Below are positions 27,218 to 37,590 of a stretch of DNA of 64,000 bases, piece after piece. Origin of the DNA: an uncultured bacterium (GTDB lineage: Bacteria > Hydrothermota > Hydrothermia > B15-G9 > WFZT01); assembly GCA_964571845.1 (NCBI GenBank), contig CAZNDM010000050.1, positions 11,676 to 75,675 of the forward strand. Direction: 5' to 3'. The position numbers were made by a program, and so were the translations under genes. The notes below the pieces were generated by a model. The model had not been told where the DNA came from, ran no database searches, and saw nothing but the letters and a program-made list of their open reading frames with translations. Each line of letters opens with the position of its first letter. Positions within the stretch are counted from its first letter, which is position 1.

Positions 27218-27925
27218 ATGAAGGTTGTAATTCTTGCAGGTGGAAAAGGGAAGAGACTTGAGCCTTATACGACTCTCCTGCCCAAACCTTTGATGCCCGT
27301 CGGAGAGTATCCCATACTTGAAATTATTCTCAGACAGCTAAAATACTACGGATTTAAAGAGGTTATTCTTGCTGTTGGACATCTCGCTGAGCTCATACAG
27401 GCCTATTTTGGTAGCGGTGAAAAATTGGGAATTAAAATAGAATATGCCTTTGAACCGTATCCTCTTGGAACAGTGGGTCCACTGAGGTTGATTGAGAAAA
27501 GACTCGATGACTCTCCATTTCTGGTGATGAACGGTGACATACTTACTGATCTCGATTTCAAGGAGTTCATGGATTTTCACATCTCAGCAGGGGGTGTGTT
27601 GACCGTAGGTGTTAAAAAGAGAAGAGTTGACATCGACTTTGGAGTTGCTGAGCTATCCGGTAATGTGATTGTGAATTATCGGGAAAAACCAACCTTTGAC
27701 TTCTGGGTCTCCATGGGTGTTTACATCTTTGAACCTACAATCCTTGAGTACATACCAGAGGGACAGAGATACGATTTTCCTGATCTCGTCAGGAAGCTCA
27801 TTGAGAATGGCGAAAAGATTTCAGCTTACCTCTACAATGGATTCTGGCTGGATATAGGGCGGGAAGAGGATATGAAAAGGGCTCAGTACGAATTTGAAAG
27901 TAGAAAGGATTCACTTTTGAAATGA
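27218..27925 (+). CDS. Sugar-phosphate nucleotidyltransferase (short form, specificity unknown)
   Basis: 'MKVVILAGGKGKRLEPYTTLLPKPLMPVGEYPILE' is the NTP-transferase G-rich loop. 235 aa with no LbH domain. Confidence 0.7.
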   Translation: MKVVILAGGKGKRLEPYTTLLPKPLMPVGEYPILEIILRQLKYYGFKEVILAVGHLAELIQAYFGSGEKLGIKIEYAFEPYPLGTVGPLRLIEKRLDDSPFLVMNGDILTDLDFKEFMDFHISAGGVLTVGVKKRRVDIDFGVAELSGNVIVNYREKPTFDFWVSMGVYIFEPTILEYIPEGQRYDFPDLVRKLIENGEKISAYLYNGFWLDIGREEDMKRAQYEFESRKDSLLK

Positions 27926-28983
27926 AGGCTCTTATCCTGAGCGGTGGAAAAGGCACGAGACTCAGACCGGTAACATACAGCATGGCAAAACAGCTCGTTC
28001 CCATTGCCAACCGTCCGATCCTGTTTTATGTGATAGACAATGTGGTTGAGGCTGGGATTAAGGAGATTGGAATAATAATATCACCTGAAACAGGCGAAGA
28101 GGTGAAGAGGGCAGTTGAGATGTACAGGACTCGGGATGCCAAATTTACATTCATTCTTCAGGAAGTGCCACTCGGCATTGCACATGCTGCTGCTCTGGCA
28201 AGAGATTTTATAGGAAATGATACCTTTGTACTCTATCTCGGAGATAACCTTATTGGCTCCGGGATTGGGAGTTTTAAGGAGAGGTTTGAAGCCGAATCAC
28301 CAGACGCCCTTATACTTGTGAAAGATGTTGATGAGCCACAACATTTTGGCGTTGTAACATTTGACGAAGAGGGAAATGTTATCAGACTGGTTGAAAAACC
28401 TAAATTTCCACCCTCAAAATTTGCACTCGTGGGCGTTTACTTTTTTAAACCCGTTATTTTCGAGGAAATCGAGCAACTAAAACCTTCGTGGCGTGGGGAG
28501 CTGGAGATTACTGAGGCAATTCAGGGGCTCATTGATTCCGGTAAGAAGGTTGTTGCTGAGTATCTCGATACATGGTGGCTTGATACAGGAAAGAAGGATG
28601 ACATTCTTGAGGCAAACAGGGTCGTGCTCGATGAGTGGATTGAGCGAAACATTCAAGGGAGGATCGATGAAAATTCCCTCATTTCTGGTAGGGTAAAAGT
28701 GGAAAAAGGGGCCATTGTGGAAAATTCTGAGATCAGGGGACCTGCTGTGATTGGCAGTGGCTCAGTAATAAAAAATTCTTTCATCGGTCCCTATTCGAGT
28801 ATCGGGAATTTTACTCACATTGAAAATTCTGAGCTCCAATTTTCAGTGGTCCTTGATGGAGCCAGTATTACAAATGTTCAGGGAATTGACAGCTCAATCA
28901 TAGGGAAAAGGTCTGTTATTCGTGGCAACGGTGGCAGGAGGAAAAGGCTGTTTGTGGGAGATGACTCTGTGGTGGAGTTTTGA
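27922..28983 (+). CDS. rmlA: Glucose-1-phosphate thymidylyltransferase, long form with C-terminal left-handed beta-helix
   Basis: 'MKALILSGGKGTRLRPVTYSMAKQLVPIANRPILFYVIDNVVEAGI'. C-terminal hexapeptide-repeat-like region. Followed by rmlC/B/D. Confidence 0.75.
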   Translation: MKALILSGGKGTRLRPVTYSMAKQLVPIANRPILFYVIDNVVEAGIKEIGIIISPETGEEVKRAVEMYRTRDAKFTFILQEVPLGIAHAAALARDFIGNDTFVLYLGDNLIGSGIGSFKERFEAESPDALILVKDVDEPQHFGVVTFDEEGNVIRLVEKPKFPPSKFALVGVYFFKPVIFEEIEQLKPSWRGELEITEAIQGLIDSGKKVVAEYLDTWWLDTGKKDDILEANRVVLDEWIERNIQGRIDENSLISGRVKVEKGAIVENSEIRGPAVIGSGSVIKNSFIGPYSSIGNFTHIENSELQFSVVLDGASITNVQGIDSSIIGKRSVIRGNGGRRKRLFVGDDSVVEF

Positions 28984-29540
28984 TCATGCCAGGGTTTCTA
29001 AAAATTGATCTGTGGCTCGAGGGTGCATTCGTACTGGTTCCCAGGGTGTTTTATGACCATAGAGGATATTTTATGGAAAGTTACAACGATAGGGATTTCA
29101 GAGAACTCGGACTTGATCTGCACTTTGTTCAGGATAACGAATCCTGGACAGAGAAAGCCGGCACCATCAGGGGTTTACACTATCAGATTTCACCAGCCAC
29201 CCAGGCGAAGCTTGTCAGATGTGTTCGGGGTTCCATTTTTGATGTTATCGTTGACATCAGGCCCGAAAGCCCGACATTCGGTAAATGGTCTGCTGTCCTT
29301 CTCAATGACAGGAACCACAAGATGCTCTTTGTGCCCGTGGGCTTCGCCCATGGTTTTCAATCCCTTGTTGACGATGTAATCGTATCTTACAAAGTTACAG
29401 GTTTTTATTCAAAAGAACACGACAGGGCTATCAGATGGGATGACCCCAGAATTGGTATTTCCTGGCCCCTGGATAATCCAATTCTCTCACAAAAGGATAG
29501 GAATGCTCCGCTTCTTGAAGAGGCGGAGCTTAGATTTTAA
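28980..29540 (+). CDS. rmlC: dTDP-4-dehydrorhamnose 3,5-epimerase
   Basis: 186-aa cupin. 'RGLHYQ...AKLVRCVRGSIFDVIVDIR...FVPVGFAHGF' matches RmlC active-site regions. Confidence 0.85.
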   Translation: MIMPGFLKIDLWLEGAFVLVPRVFYDHRGYFMESYNDRDFRELGLDLHFVQDNESWTEKAGTIRGLHYQISPATQAKLVRCVRGSIFDVIVDIRPESPTFGKWSAVLLNDRNHKMLFVPVGFAHGFQSLVDDVIVSYKVTGFYSKEHDRAIRWDDPRIGISWPLDNPILSQKDRNAPLLEEAELRF

Positions 29541-29542
29541 TC

Positions 29543-30550
29543 ATGAAAATCCTCGTTACAGGTGGCGCTGGATTCATCGGAAGCGAATTTGTTAGACAGA
29601 ATAAGGACCATGAACTGATGGTCGTTGATAACTTCTCTTATGCAGGAGATCCAGAAAGACTGGACTCCGTCAAAGACAAAGTCGTAATCTGGAGTGTTGA
29701 TATACGCGATTTTAAAAGTCTCATGGACGCTTTTAGAGAATTTACTCCTGATGTTGTTGTCCATTTTGCTGCACAGACCCATGTGGACAGGAGCATTTAC
29801 TCTCCAGTTGAATTTTACGAAACCAATATTGTGGGAACACACAATGTTTTGAAGGCGTCCCGTGAGGTGGGAGTTTCTTTATTTATCAATATTTCCACAG
29901 ATGAGGTGTACGGTGAGAGACTGCAAGAGGGCAAATACAGAGAGTCGGACCCACTCAATCCCGGATCTCCTTACGCTGTTAGTAAGGCAGCTGCGGACAT
30001 GCTGGGAAGGGCGTTTATGAGAACATACGGCTTACCGGTAATAACGGTAAGACCCTCAAATAATTACGGTCCGTGGCAGTATCCCGAGAAGCTTATCCCT
30101 GTAGTCATTGCAAAAGCCATGAACGATGAGCCGGTTCCCGTGTATGGAAAGGGCAATAACATCAGAGAGTGGATCCATGTTGAAGATACGTGCCGTGCAA
30201 TATGGAAATTGATTGAAAAAGGGACTCCGGGAGAAATTTACAATGTGGGGTCTGGCGAGGAATACACGAACATTGAAGTTGTTAAAATGATACTCAAAAT
30301 AATGCAAAAACCTGAGACTTTGATAAGATTTGTCAGGGATAGAGCTGGACATGATTTCCGATATTCCATTAATATTGAAAAAATTCAAAATGAAATTGGC
30401 TGGTCTGCCCGCATAAGATTTAGCGAGGGCCTTCGCCAGACTGTTGACTGGTATATGAGACATAGTAACTGGCTGAACCGTAAAGTGGAATCAGTCAGGA
30501 ATTTCTGGGATATTGTTTACAGGGATGAAAATAGCAATTACAGGAGCTAA
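29543..30550 (+). CDS. rmlB: dTDP-glucose 4,6-dehydratase
   Basis: 'MKILVTGGAGFIGSEFVR', 'YAVSKAAAD' (YxxxK) and 'NNYGPWQYPEKLIP' are canonical RmlB motifs. Confidence 0.9.
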   Translation: MKILVTGGAGFIGSEFVRQNKDHELMVVDNFSYAGDPERLDSVKDKVVIWSVDIRDFKSLMDAFREFTPDVVVHFAAQTHVDRSIYSPVEFYETNIVGTHNVLKASREVGVSLFINISTDEVYGERLQEGKYRESDPLNPGSPYAVSKAAADMLGRAFMRTYGLPVITVRPSNNYGPWQYPEKLIPVVIAKAMNDEPVPVYGKGNNIREWIHVEDTCRAIWKLIEKGTPGEIYNVGSGEEYTNIEVVKMILKIMQKPETLIRFVRDRAGHDFRYSINIEKIQNEIGWSARIRFSEGLRQTVDWYMRHSNWLNRKVESVRNFWDIVYRDENSNYRS

Positions 30551-31370
30551 TGGACAGCTCGGATCTGCTCTCTTGAGAAATGCTCCGGGTAATGTCTCTT
30601 TGCTCCCCGTAACACGAAAAGACTTTGATATCAGAGATTTGAAAGCATTACAGGGATTTATCGCGGAGGAAAGACCGGATATTTTGATTAATACAGCTGC
30701 TTTTCACAACACTGTTGAATGTGAAGAAAACAGGGATCTCTGTATCCTCATAAACAGTTTTATCCCGCTTTTTATGGCCATCCTGACGGAAAAGTATGGG
30801 GGATTTGTTGCTTTTATAAGCACAGATTATGTTTTTGACGGGGAGAAAAAAGGGGAGCTTTATTATGAGGACGATAACCCCAACCCACTAAATGTTTATG
30901 GGTATTCAAAATTCCTTGGAGAAAGCCTGATAAGTGAAAAGGTGAAGAAATTTTACATTTTTCGAACCTCCAGTTTGTTTGGCAGAACAATTCGAAAAGA
31001 CGGTAACTTCGTGCTAAAAATACTTAATAAGGCAAAAAAGGGTGAAACGATCAGGGTTGTAAATGATATTTACATGACCCCTACTTATTCGGAAGATGCT
31101 GCGAGGATGATGTGGGAGGTAATTGAGAATGGGTATTCTTCCGGGATTTACCATGTATCCAATACCGGGGTTGTGTCGTGGTACGAGTTTTCAAAGAAAA
31201 TTCTGGAAATTTCGGGGATAAGCGGGGAGGTCCGGCCAATATCACACGAGGAATTAGGGGAAAAAATCAAGAGGCCATTGTGGAGTCCTCTGGGTAGCAG
31301 GAAGTTGCGTCCAGAGAGATTCTGGGGGGAGGCACTGAAAGAATATCTGGAGGTGCTGAAAGATGGTTGA
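30513..31370 (+). CDS. rmlD: dTDP-4-dehydrorhamnose reductase
   Basis: 'MKIAITGANGQLGSAL'. The true start is probably the second ATG at ~30525. Overlaps the rmlB 3' end. Confidence 0.85.
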   Translation: MFTGMKIAITGANGQLGSALLRNAPGNVSLLPVTRKDFDIRDLKALQGFIAEERPDILINTAAFHNTVECEENRDLCILINSFIPLFMAILTEKYGGFVAFISTDYVFDGEKKGELYYEDDNPNPLNVYGYSKFLGESLISEKVKKFYIFRTSSLFGRTIRKDGNFVLKILNKAKKGETIRVVNDIYMTPTYSEDAARMMWEVIENGYSSGIYHVSNTGVVSWYEFSKKILEISGISGEVRPISHEELGEKIKRPLWSPLGSRKLRPERFWGEALKEYLEVLKDG

Positions 31371-32172
31371 TCTGAGTGTAATAACAATAAGTCATGGCCA
31401 TCACCAGGAGGTAAAAAAGCTCTACAGATCCATTTTCAATAAAAAATGGAATGTGGAGCTTGAGTTTTTACTCATAGACAATCTCCCCCCTCATAGGACA
31501 GCAGAGCTGGTGGAAAGGGCCTTCCCTGCAGTAAAGGTCGTGAGAAACCTGAGGTCAAGAGGATTTGCTCATAACGCCAATCGAGGTATTTTGCGCTCAA
31601 AAGGAGAGTTTATATTTCTGCTAAATCCGGATATAATTGTGCTTGACGGATTATTTGATAGAGTTGTGGAATTTATGAGAGCTCATCCCAGGGTTGGGAT
31701 TTCAGCTCCGATGCTATTAAATCCCGACGGTACGAGGCAACCCTCTGCAAGGAATTTCCCGAATCTCCCTGTTATGATTCTTCGGGGCTTTGGTCTGGAT
31801 AAAATCTTCAGGCATATTCCAATAAATATCAGGTATGAACTCAGATGTATGGAATCGGTTAATGGATTTGTTAAAGTTGACTGGATAACAGGTGCTGCAA
31901 TGGTTATTCGCCGCAGTGCCATTGAGGAAATAGGTCTTTTTGACCATAAAAACTTTTATCTCTATTTTGAAGATGTTGACATTTGCTACAGGATGTGGAA
32001 GGCTGGCTGGGAAGTCGCATACATACCTGATGTTAAGGCGATCCATGAATGGAAAAGGCGGAGTTCAAAAAATCCGTTTTCGATCTACAAGTACTATCAT
32101 GTAGTCAGTGGTCTTAAATTTTTTAAGAAATACGGTTTAAAACTGAAAAATCCGAGGGAGGGTAAAACATGA
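31363..32172 (+). CDS. Family 2 glycosyltransferase
   Basis: 'SVITISHGH...LLIDN', 'FLLNPDI' and 'ITGAAMVIRR' are GT2 (GT-A, DxD-type) patterns. Confidence 0.75.
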   Translation: MVDLSVITISHGHHQEVKKLYRSIFNKKWNVELEFLLIDNLPPHRTAELVERAFPAVKVVRNLRSRGFAHNANRGILRSKGEFIFLLNPDIIVLDGLFDRVVEFMRAHPRVGISAPMLLNPDGTRQPSARNFPNLPVMILRGFGLDKIFRHIPINIRYELRCMESVNGFVKVDWITGAAMVIRRSAIEEIGLFDHKNFYLYFEDVDICYRMWKAGWEVAYIPDVKAIHEWKRRSSKNPFSIYKYYHVVSGLKFFKKYGLKLKNPREGKT

Positions 32173-33632
32173 AAGTTTTTTATCTATCTTCTGAGATATA
32201 CCCATTTGCGAAGACAGGTGGGCTCGCTGATGTCGCCGGCACCCTACCCGTTAGCCTTAAAAAGCTCGGCGTGGACATTATTCTCGCCATGCCCTATTAC
32301 AACAAGTTCGTCGAAAAGCACGATCCTGAGGATGCAGGGATTACGCTGGATGTGGAGTTTAACGGTGAAGTCTTCAAAACACCTGTCCTGAAGAAAGAGT
32401 ACAGAGGGGTGACTACTTACTTTATCAGAAATGACAGATACTTTGACAGAGATTACCTTTATGGAACACCAGAGGGTGATTACCCGGATAATCCATTAAG
32501 ATTCGGATTCTTCTCGGTTGCTGCCCTGAGACTTCTTGAAAAATTGAATTTTAAACCGGGGATTATCCATCTCAATGACTGGCAAACTGCTCTGATACCT
32601 GTTTATCTGAAAAACACCGATCTTTTCCCATTTTTGAAAGACACAAAAACGATTCTGACGATTCACAACCTCGCCTATCAGGGAACTTTCCCGCCAGATG
32701 TACTAAAAAGCCTCATGCTGCCCGAATCTCTGTTCAACATGGAAGCACTCGAGTTCTATGGAAAGATCAACTTTCTTAAAGGTGGTATAGTATTTTCTGA
32801 TGTTATCACCACAGTGAGTCCCACTTATGCAAGGGAAATACAAACATCAGAATTTGGTTATGGACTTGAAGGAGTCCTGTATAAGCGCAGGGAACACCTG
32901 TTTGGCATCCTCAACGGGATTGATTATGATGTGTGGAACCCGGAAACTGATGAATATATTTACTACAATTACTCTTATGGAGATTTCCATTACAAAAAAG
33001 TTCTGAATAAAACCCATCTTCAGGAGGATATGGGATTGCCCGCGAGCTCCGAGATCCCTCTCATAGGCATAGTTTCAAGACTCGCTGCCCAGAAAGGTTT
33101 TGATCTTCTATCAGATGCCATGAGTGAGCTTTCAAGGTTGGATCTCCAAATGGTGATTCTCGGAACAGGTGATAAAATATACCAGGATCTCCTCATGGAT
33201 TTTGGCACAAAATTTCCCGATAAATTTGCAGTTAAAATTGATTTCGATCCGGTACTGGCAAGGAGGATTTATGCTGGGTCAGATATGTTCCTCATGCCCT
33301 CAAGATACGAGCCCTGTGGCCTTGGACAGATGATTGCAATGAGGTATGGAACGATTCCCATTGTGAGAAAAACGGGGGGCCTTGCCGATACCGTGGAAGA
33401 TTTTACTTACGAAAAATTAAAAAGAGACCCGGGTAAAAGAAAGGGATACGGGTTTAGCTTTGGAACCTATACACATGCCCACCTCATTGATGCTATTAAA
33501 CGGGCTTTGAAAGTTTTTAAAGATCAGGAAACATGGCAGCAACTTATAAAGATCGCCATGACAAGAGACTTCTCATGGAAAAGCTCGGCAAAGGAATATG
33601 TTGAACTGTACGAAAGAGTGATCTTCATGTAG
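32169..33632 (+). CDS. glgA: Glycogen/starch synthase (ADP-glucose type)
   Basis: 'MKVFYLSSEIYPFAKTGGLADVAGTLP' is the hallmark GlgA KTGGL motif. 487 aa. Confidence 0.85.
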   Translation: MKVFYLSSEIYPFAKTGGLADVAGTLPVSLKKLGVDIILAMPYYNKFVEKHDPEDAGITLDVEFNGEVFKTPVLKKEYRGVTTYFIRNDRYFDRDYLYGTPEGDYPDNPLRFGFFSVAALRLLEKLNFKPGIIHLNDWQTALIPVYLKNTDLFPFLKDTKTILTIHNLAYQGTFPPDVLKSLMLPESLFNMEALEFYGKINFLKGGIVFSDVITTVSPTYAREIQTSEFGYGLEGVLYKRREHLFGILNGIDYDVWNPETDEYIYYNYSYGDFHYKKVLNKTHLQEDMGLPASSEIPLIGIVSRLAAQKGFDLLSDAMSELSRLDLQMVILGTGDKIYQDLLMDFGTKFPDKFAVKIDFDPVLARRIYAGSDMFLMPSRYEPCGLGQMIAMRYGTIPIVRKTGGLADTVEDFTYEKLKRDPGKRKGYGFSFGTYTHAHLIDAIKRALKVFKDQETWQQLIKIAMTRDFSWKSSAKEYVELYERVIFM

Positions 33633-33635
33633 GAG

Positions 33636-34859
33636 GTGTCCATGAGAAGGATATTGTTTATCCTCATATTTACGGGATTCCTGTCTGCGCAGTTTGAGCC
33701 TGATACTTTAAATACCGTTGGCGGCGGGATGGGTGTATCGGTTATAGATGGAAATCCTTATATTTCATTCAATCTGTCAACGGAGTTGAGGTTTGGTAAA
33801 CTGGGGGTGGGGCTCAATATCCCTCTTCTTTTCAGTCCAAAAGACGGGATAAAAAAGGATGACTGGGACTCAAAGAGAGACTATGCAAGGATAATCTCAT
33901 ACATCAGGTATGGGTATAGGGGATCACCTTTCTATGTGAGGTTGGGGGCATTGAACTTTACCACACTTGGCCACGGTTTTCTCGTTTACAATTATTCGAA
34001 CCGTGTGAGGACAGATGTTGTTAAAATTGGAATGGAAATGTCCATTGATCGTGGTTTGTGGGGACTGGAGTTTTTCAACAGCGATTTTGGGAGACTTGGC
34101 GTTGTGGGTGCGAGGGTGGTTGCCCGCCCCTTTTTGGGGGTGCCAATTGTAGAGCGGCTTGAGTTTGGTGCTTCCTATGTGAGGGATTTTGATCCTGATG
34201 AAAGAAAGGACACCGATGACGGAATCTCGGCATTCGGTTTTGATGCAGGTTTTCCCATTTTTGAATATTCACTCCTGAGTACAGAAGTCTATATGGATTA
34301 CGGGAATATTGTTGATAACGGACATGGTGCCGCTGAAGGTATCATCTTTAGATTTTCCAGACTTGGAATATTCGATCTATCCCTCAAACTCGAAGAGAGA
34401 CAGCTTTCAGCACACTTTTTGCCTGCCTACTTCAACAGGATGTACGAGGTTGATAAGTTTACAAAGCAGGAGATACTTGACTCGATTACAGAAGGTGAGA
34501 ACGGGAGTTTTGGAGAACTTTACGCAGAGGCACTGGGTAAATTGAAGGCATACGGAAATTTTTTCCATAAAAAGGGTGTCAAAAACAGCGGTGTTCTGAA
34601 TCTTTATGCAACAACTGGCACAATGTTCCCTCTTTTCAGGGTCAACTGGAGGTACTTTAAGGACAGAATTGAAACCATGAATGATATCTTCTCCATTGAC
34701 GAAAGGTCAGTACTTTTTACAGAAATCGGTTACAGAATGAATCCATACACGACTGTTTATATGGTGATAACGAGGAGATATCGTTTGGACGAGGAAACAG
34801 GCGAGTTTGAGCCTGAAGACACCTATAGTATCAGAGCAGATTTCAGCTGGCGGTTTTGA
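33636..34859 (+). CDS. Hypothetical outer-membrane beta-barrel-like protein
   Basis: Signal peptide 'MSMRRILFILIFTGFLSAQF'. Beta-strand-rich. C-terminal '...RADFSWRF' ends in Phe. Confidence 0.45.
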   Translation: MSMRRILFILIFTGFLSAQFEPDTLNTVGGGMGVSVIDGNPYISFNLSTELRFGKLGVGLNIPLLFSPKDGIKKDDWDSKRDYARIISYIRYGYRGSPFYVRLGALNFTTLGHGFLVYNYSNRVRTDVVKIGMEMSIDRGLWGLEFFNSDFGRLGVVGARVVARPFLGVPIVERLEFGASYVRDFDPDERKDTDDGISAFGFDAGFPIFEYSLLSTEVYMDYGNIVDNGHGAAEGIIFRFSRLGIFDLSLKLEERQLSAHFLPAYFNRMYEVDKFTKQEILDSITEGENGSFGELYAEALGKLKAYGNFFHKKGVKNSGVLNLYATTGTMFPLFRVNWRYFKDRIETMNDIFSIDERSVLFTEIGYRMNPYTTVYMVITRRYRLDEETGEFEPEDTYSIRADFSWRF

Positions 34860-34920
34860 CGGACAAAATATCGCCTGAAAATTGATTTTTTAAGGTCTGA
34901 CAAATAAAATAAAGGACATT

Positions 34921-37590
34921 ATGATCGAAATGGACAAGAAATACGACCATAGAAAAGTTGAGGATAAATGGTATAAATTCTGGGAGGAGAGAGGATACTT
35001 CAAGGCAGAGCCCAAACCTGGAAAGAAAAAGTTTGCCATATCCATGCCACCGCCCAATGTGACCGGCAAGATCCACATGGGACATGTGCTGAACAACACT
35101 CTGCAGGACATTCTTATCAGAATGAAGAGGATGCAGGGGTATGAGACGCTCTGGCAACCGGGAATTGACCACGCAGGCATCGCTACCCAGAATGTGGTTG
35201 AAAGAGAACTTGCCAAGGAGGGGAAAACAAGATTTGATCTTGGCCGTGAAGAGTTCATAAAACGAGTATGGAAATGGAAGGAAAAGTACGGAAATACTAT
35301 TCTGCTTCAGTTAAGAAAACTCGGGGTCTCTGCTGACTGGTCAAGGACAAAGTTCACCATGGACCCCGACATGTACGAAGCTGTTATTGAGGCTTTTGTC
35401 AGGCTTTATGAAAAAGGTCTTATTTATAAAGGTACGAGAATAATCAACTGGTGTCCAAGATGTGGCACCGCACTTGCCGATGATGAGGTGGAGTACAAAG
35501 AGGAACACTCACACCTCTGGTACATTAAGTATCCACTTGTTGATGAGGACGGCTTTATTGTCGTCGCAACCACCCGACCGGAAACCTATCTCGGTGATAC
35601 AGCAGTAGCCGTCAACCCCAATGACGAAAGGTACAAACACCTAATCGGTAAAAAGGTAAAACTGCCACTTATTGACTGGATAAGGAAAAGCTTTTCTCTT
35701 GAAGGAGAGGGCGAAGATGTTTCTCCAGAAATTCCGATAATTGCTGATGAACTCGTTGATCCAGAGTTTGGCACAGGGGCTGTGAAAGTAACACCTGCAC
35801 ATGACCCAAATGACTATGAAATTGCCGAAAGACACAATCTTCCTCATGTTGTTGTTCTTGATCTTGAAGCCAGAATGAATGAGAATGCAGGTCCTTACAG
35901 GGGACTTGATCGATACGAGGCACGCAAAAAGATCGTTGAGGACCTTAAAAAAGCCGGTTTTCTCGAGAAAACCGAAAATTACAGTCACTCGGTAGGACAT
36001 TGCTACAGGTGTAACACCGTGATCGAACCTTATCTGTCGGAACAGTGGTTTGTGAAAATGAAACCACTTGCTGAACCTGCAATAAAAGCAGTAAAAGAGG
36101 GAACCATAAAGATAATTCCTGAAAACTGGAAAAAGGTTTATTTCCACTGGCTTGAGAATGTAAAAGACTGGTGCATATCCAGACAGATCTGGTGGGGACA
36201 CAGAATCCCGGTGTATTATTGCAAAGATTGTGGAGAAATGACAGTTTCGAAGGAAAAGCCTGAAAAGTGTCCACACTGCGGATCTCCGCATCTCGAACAG
36301 GATGAAGATGTCCTTGATACCTGGTTCTCCTCCTGGCTATGGCCATTCTCCACGCTCGGATGGCCCAGGAAGACACCTTATCTGGAATATTTCTATCCCA
36401 ATGATGTTCTCGTCTCTGGCTGGGATATCCTGTTTTTCTGGGTCGCAAGGATGGTGATGGCGGGCTACGCTTTCATGGGCAAAGAACCCTTTGAATACAT
36501 TTATCTCAACGGATTAATCAGGGATGAACAGAGGCGAAAACTTTCAAAGTCTCTTGGCAACTCTCCTGATCCCCTCGACCTCTTTGAAAAGTTTGGCGCT
36601 GATGGTGTCAGGATGGGGCTGATGCTGATTGCACCTGAGGGTCAGGATATCCTGTACAGTGACAAGAGACTTGAAGTTGGCAGAAACTTTGCAAATAAAA
36701 TATGGAATGCCACGAGACTTCTATTCCTGAACATGGACGAGAACTACAAATGGGAAGGATTGCCAGAAAATCTTGAGCTTGAAGACAGATGGATTCTAAC
36801 AAAAACCAATGAAACTGTCGAAAAAGTTACCCGCGGATTAGATAAATTTGACTTTAACGGTGTTGCCTGGACTCTTTACGAATTTTTCTGGGGTGAGTTC
36901 TGTGACTGGTATCTCGAAATGATAAAACCGAGACTGGCGGACCCCGAGAAAAAGAACACTGCTTTAAGCGTCGCTTTTTATGTGCTTGACAGGTTTCTGA
37001 AACTCCTCCATCCGTACATGCCTTTCATTACAGAAGAGATCTGGCAGAAACTTCCGAACAAAGTTGGGGAATCCATTATGATTTCCCCATGGCCTGAGAA
37101 AGACGACCATTCGTACCCACTCTCTGTTGAGTATGTGGAACAGCTTAAGGGTGTGATTGAAGGCCTGCGCGAAATAAGATCTGAGTTTAGATTACCCAAG
37201 AATACAACGCTTACCCTCCAGGCTCTTATGCCTGAGGCAGAAACTTTTTATCCCATACTTGAAGAAAAACTTCCGGTACTCCAGCTTTTGGCAAAAGTAG
37301 ATAAGCTCGAGAGGGTCACGAAAGCTCCAGGAAAAGCAGCAACAATCCACACTCACGGTATGACATTTTTCGTTCCACTCGGCGACATTATTGACATTGA
37401 TAAAGAAAGAAACAGGATTTCAAAAGAGGTCTCCGCTCTTAAAGTCCAGATTGATAAACTTGTGAAGAAACTTGCAAACAGGGCTTTCCTTGAAAAGGCA
37501 CCAAAGGAAATTGTTGAAAAAGAAAAGGAAAAGCTCGAGAAGTTCAAATCCAAGCTCGAAAAACTCGAAGAGAGACTGAAGAATCTGTAA
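34921..37590 (+). CDS. valS: Valine--tRNA ligase
   Basis: HIGH motif 'PPPNVTGKIHMGHVLN'. KMSKS 'KLSKSLGNSP'. C-terminal coiled-coil. Confidence 0.95.
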   Translation: MIEMDKKYDHRKVEDKWYKFWEERGYFKAEPKPGKKKFAISMPPPNVTGKIHMGHVLNNTLQDILIRMKRMQGYETLWQPGIDHAGIATQNVVERELAKEGKTRFDLGREEFIKRVWKWKEKYGNTILLQLRKLGVSADWSRTKFTMDPDMYEAVIEAFVRLYEKGLIYKGTRIINWCPRCGTALADDEVEYKEEHSHLWYIKYPLVDEDGFIVVATTRPETYLGDTAVAVNPNDERYKHLIGKKVKLPLIDWIRKSFSLEGEGEDVSPEIPIIADELVDPEFGTGAVKVTPAHDPNDYEIAERHNLPHVVVLDLEARMNENAGPYRGLDRYEARKKIVEDLKKAGFLEKTENYSHSVGHCYRCNTVIEPYLSEQWFVKMKPLAEPAIKAVKEGTIKIIPENWKKVYFHWLENVKDWCISRQIWWGHRIPVYYCKDCGEMTVSKEKPEKCPHCGSPHLEQDEDVLDTWFSSWLWPFSTLGWPRKTPYLEYFYPNDVLVSGWDILFFWVARMVMAGYAFMGKEPFEYIYLNGLIRDEQRRKLSKSLGNSPDPLDLFEKFGADGVRMGLMLIAPEGQDILYSDKRLEVGRNFANKIWNATRLLFLNMDENYKWEGLPENLELEDRWILTKTNETVEKVTRGLDKFDFNGVAWTLYEFFWGEFCDWYLEMIKPRLADPEKKNTALSVAFYVLDRFLKLLHPYMPFITEEIWQKLPNKVGESIMISPWPEKDDHSYPLSVEYVEQLKGVIEGLREIRSEFRLPKNTTLTLQALMPEAETFYPILEEKLPVLQLLAKVDKLERVTKAPGKAATIHTHGMTFFVPLGDIIDIDKERNRISKEVSALKVQIDKLVKKLANRAFLEKAPKEIVEKEKEKLEKFKSKLEKLEERLKNL

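Noticed and set aside
35586-36448. Minus-strand ORFs nested inside valS (e.g. 35641..36291, 35945..36448)
   Set aside because: They are antisense to valS and spurious.
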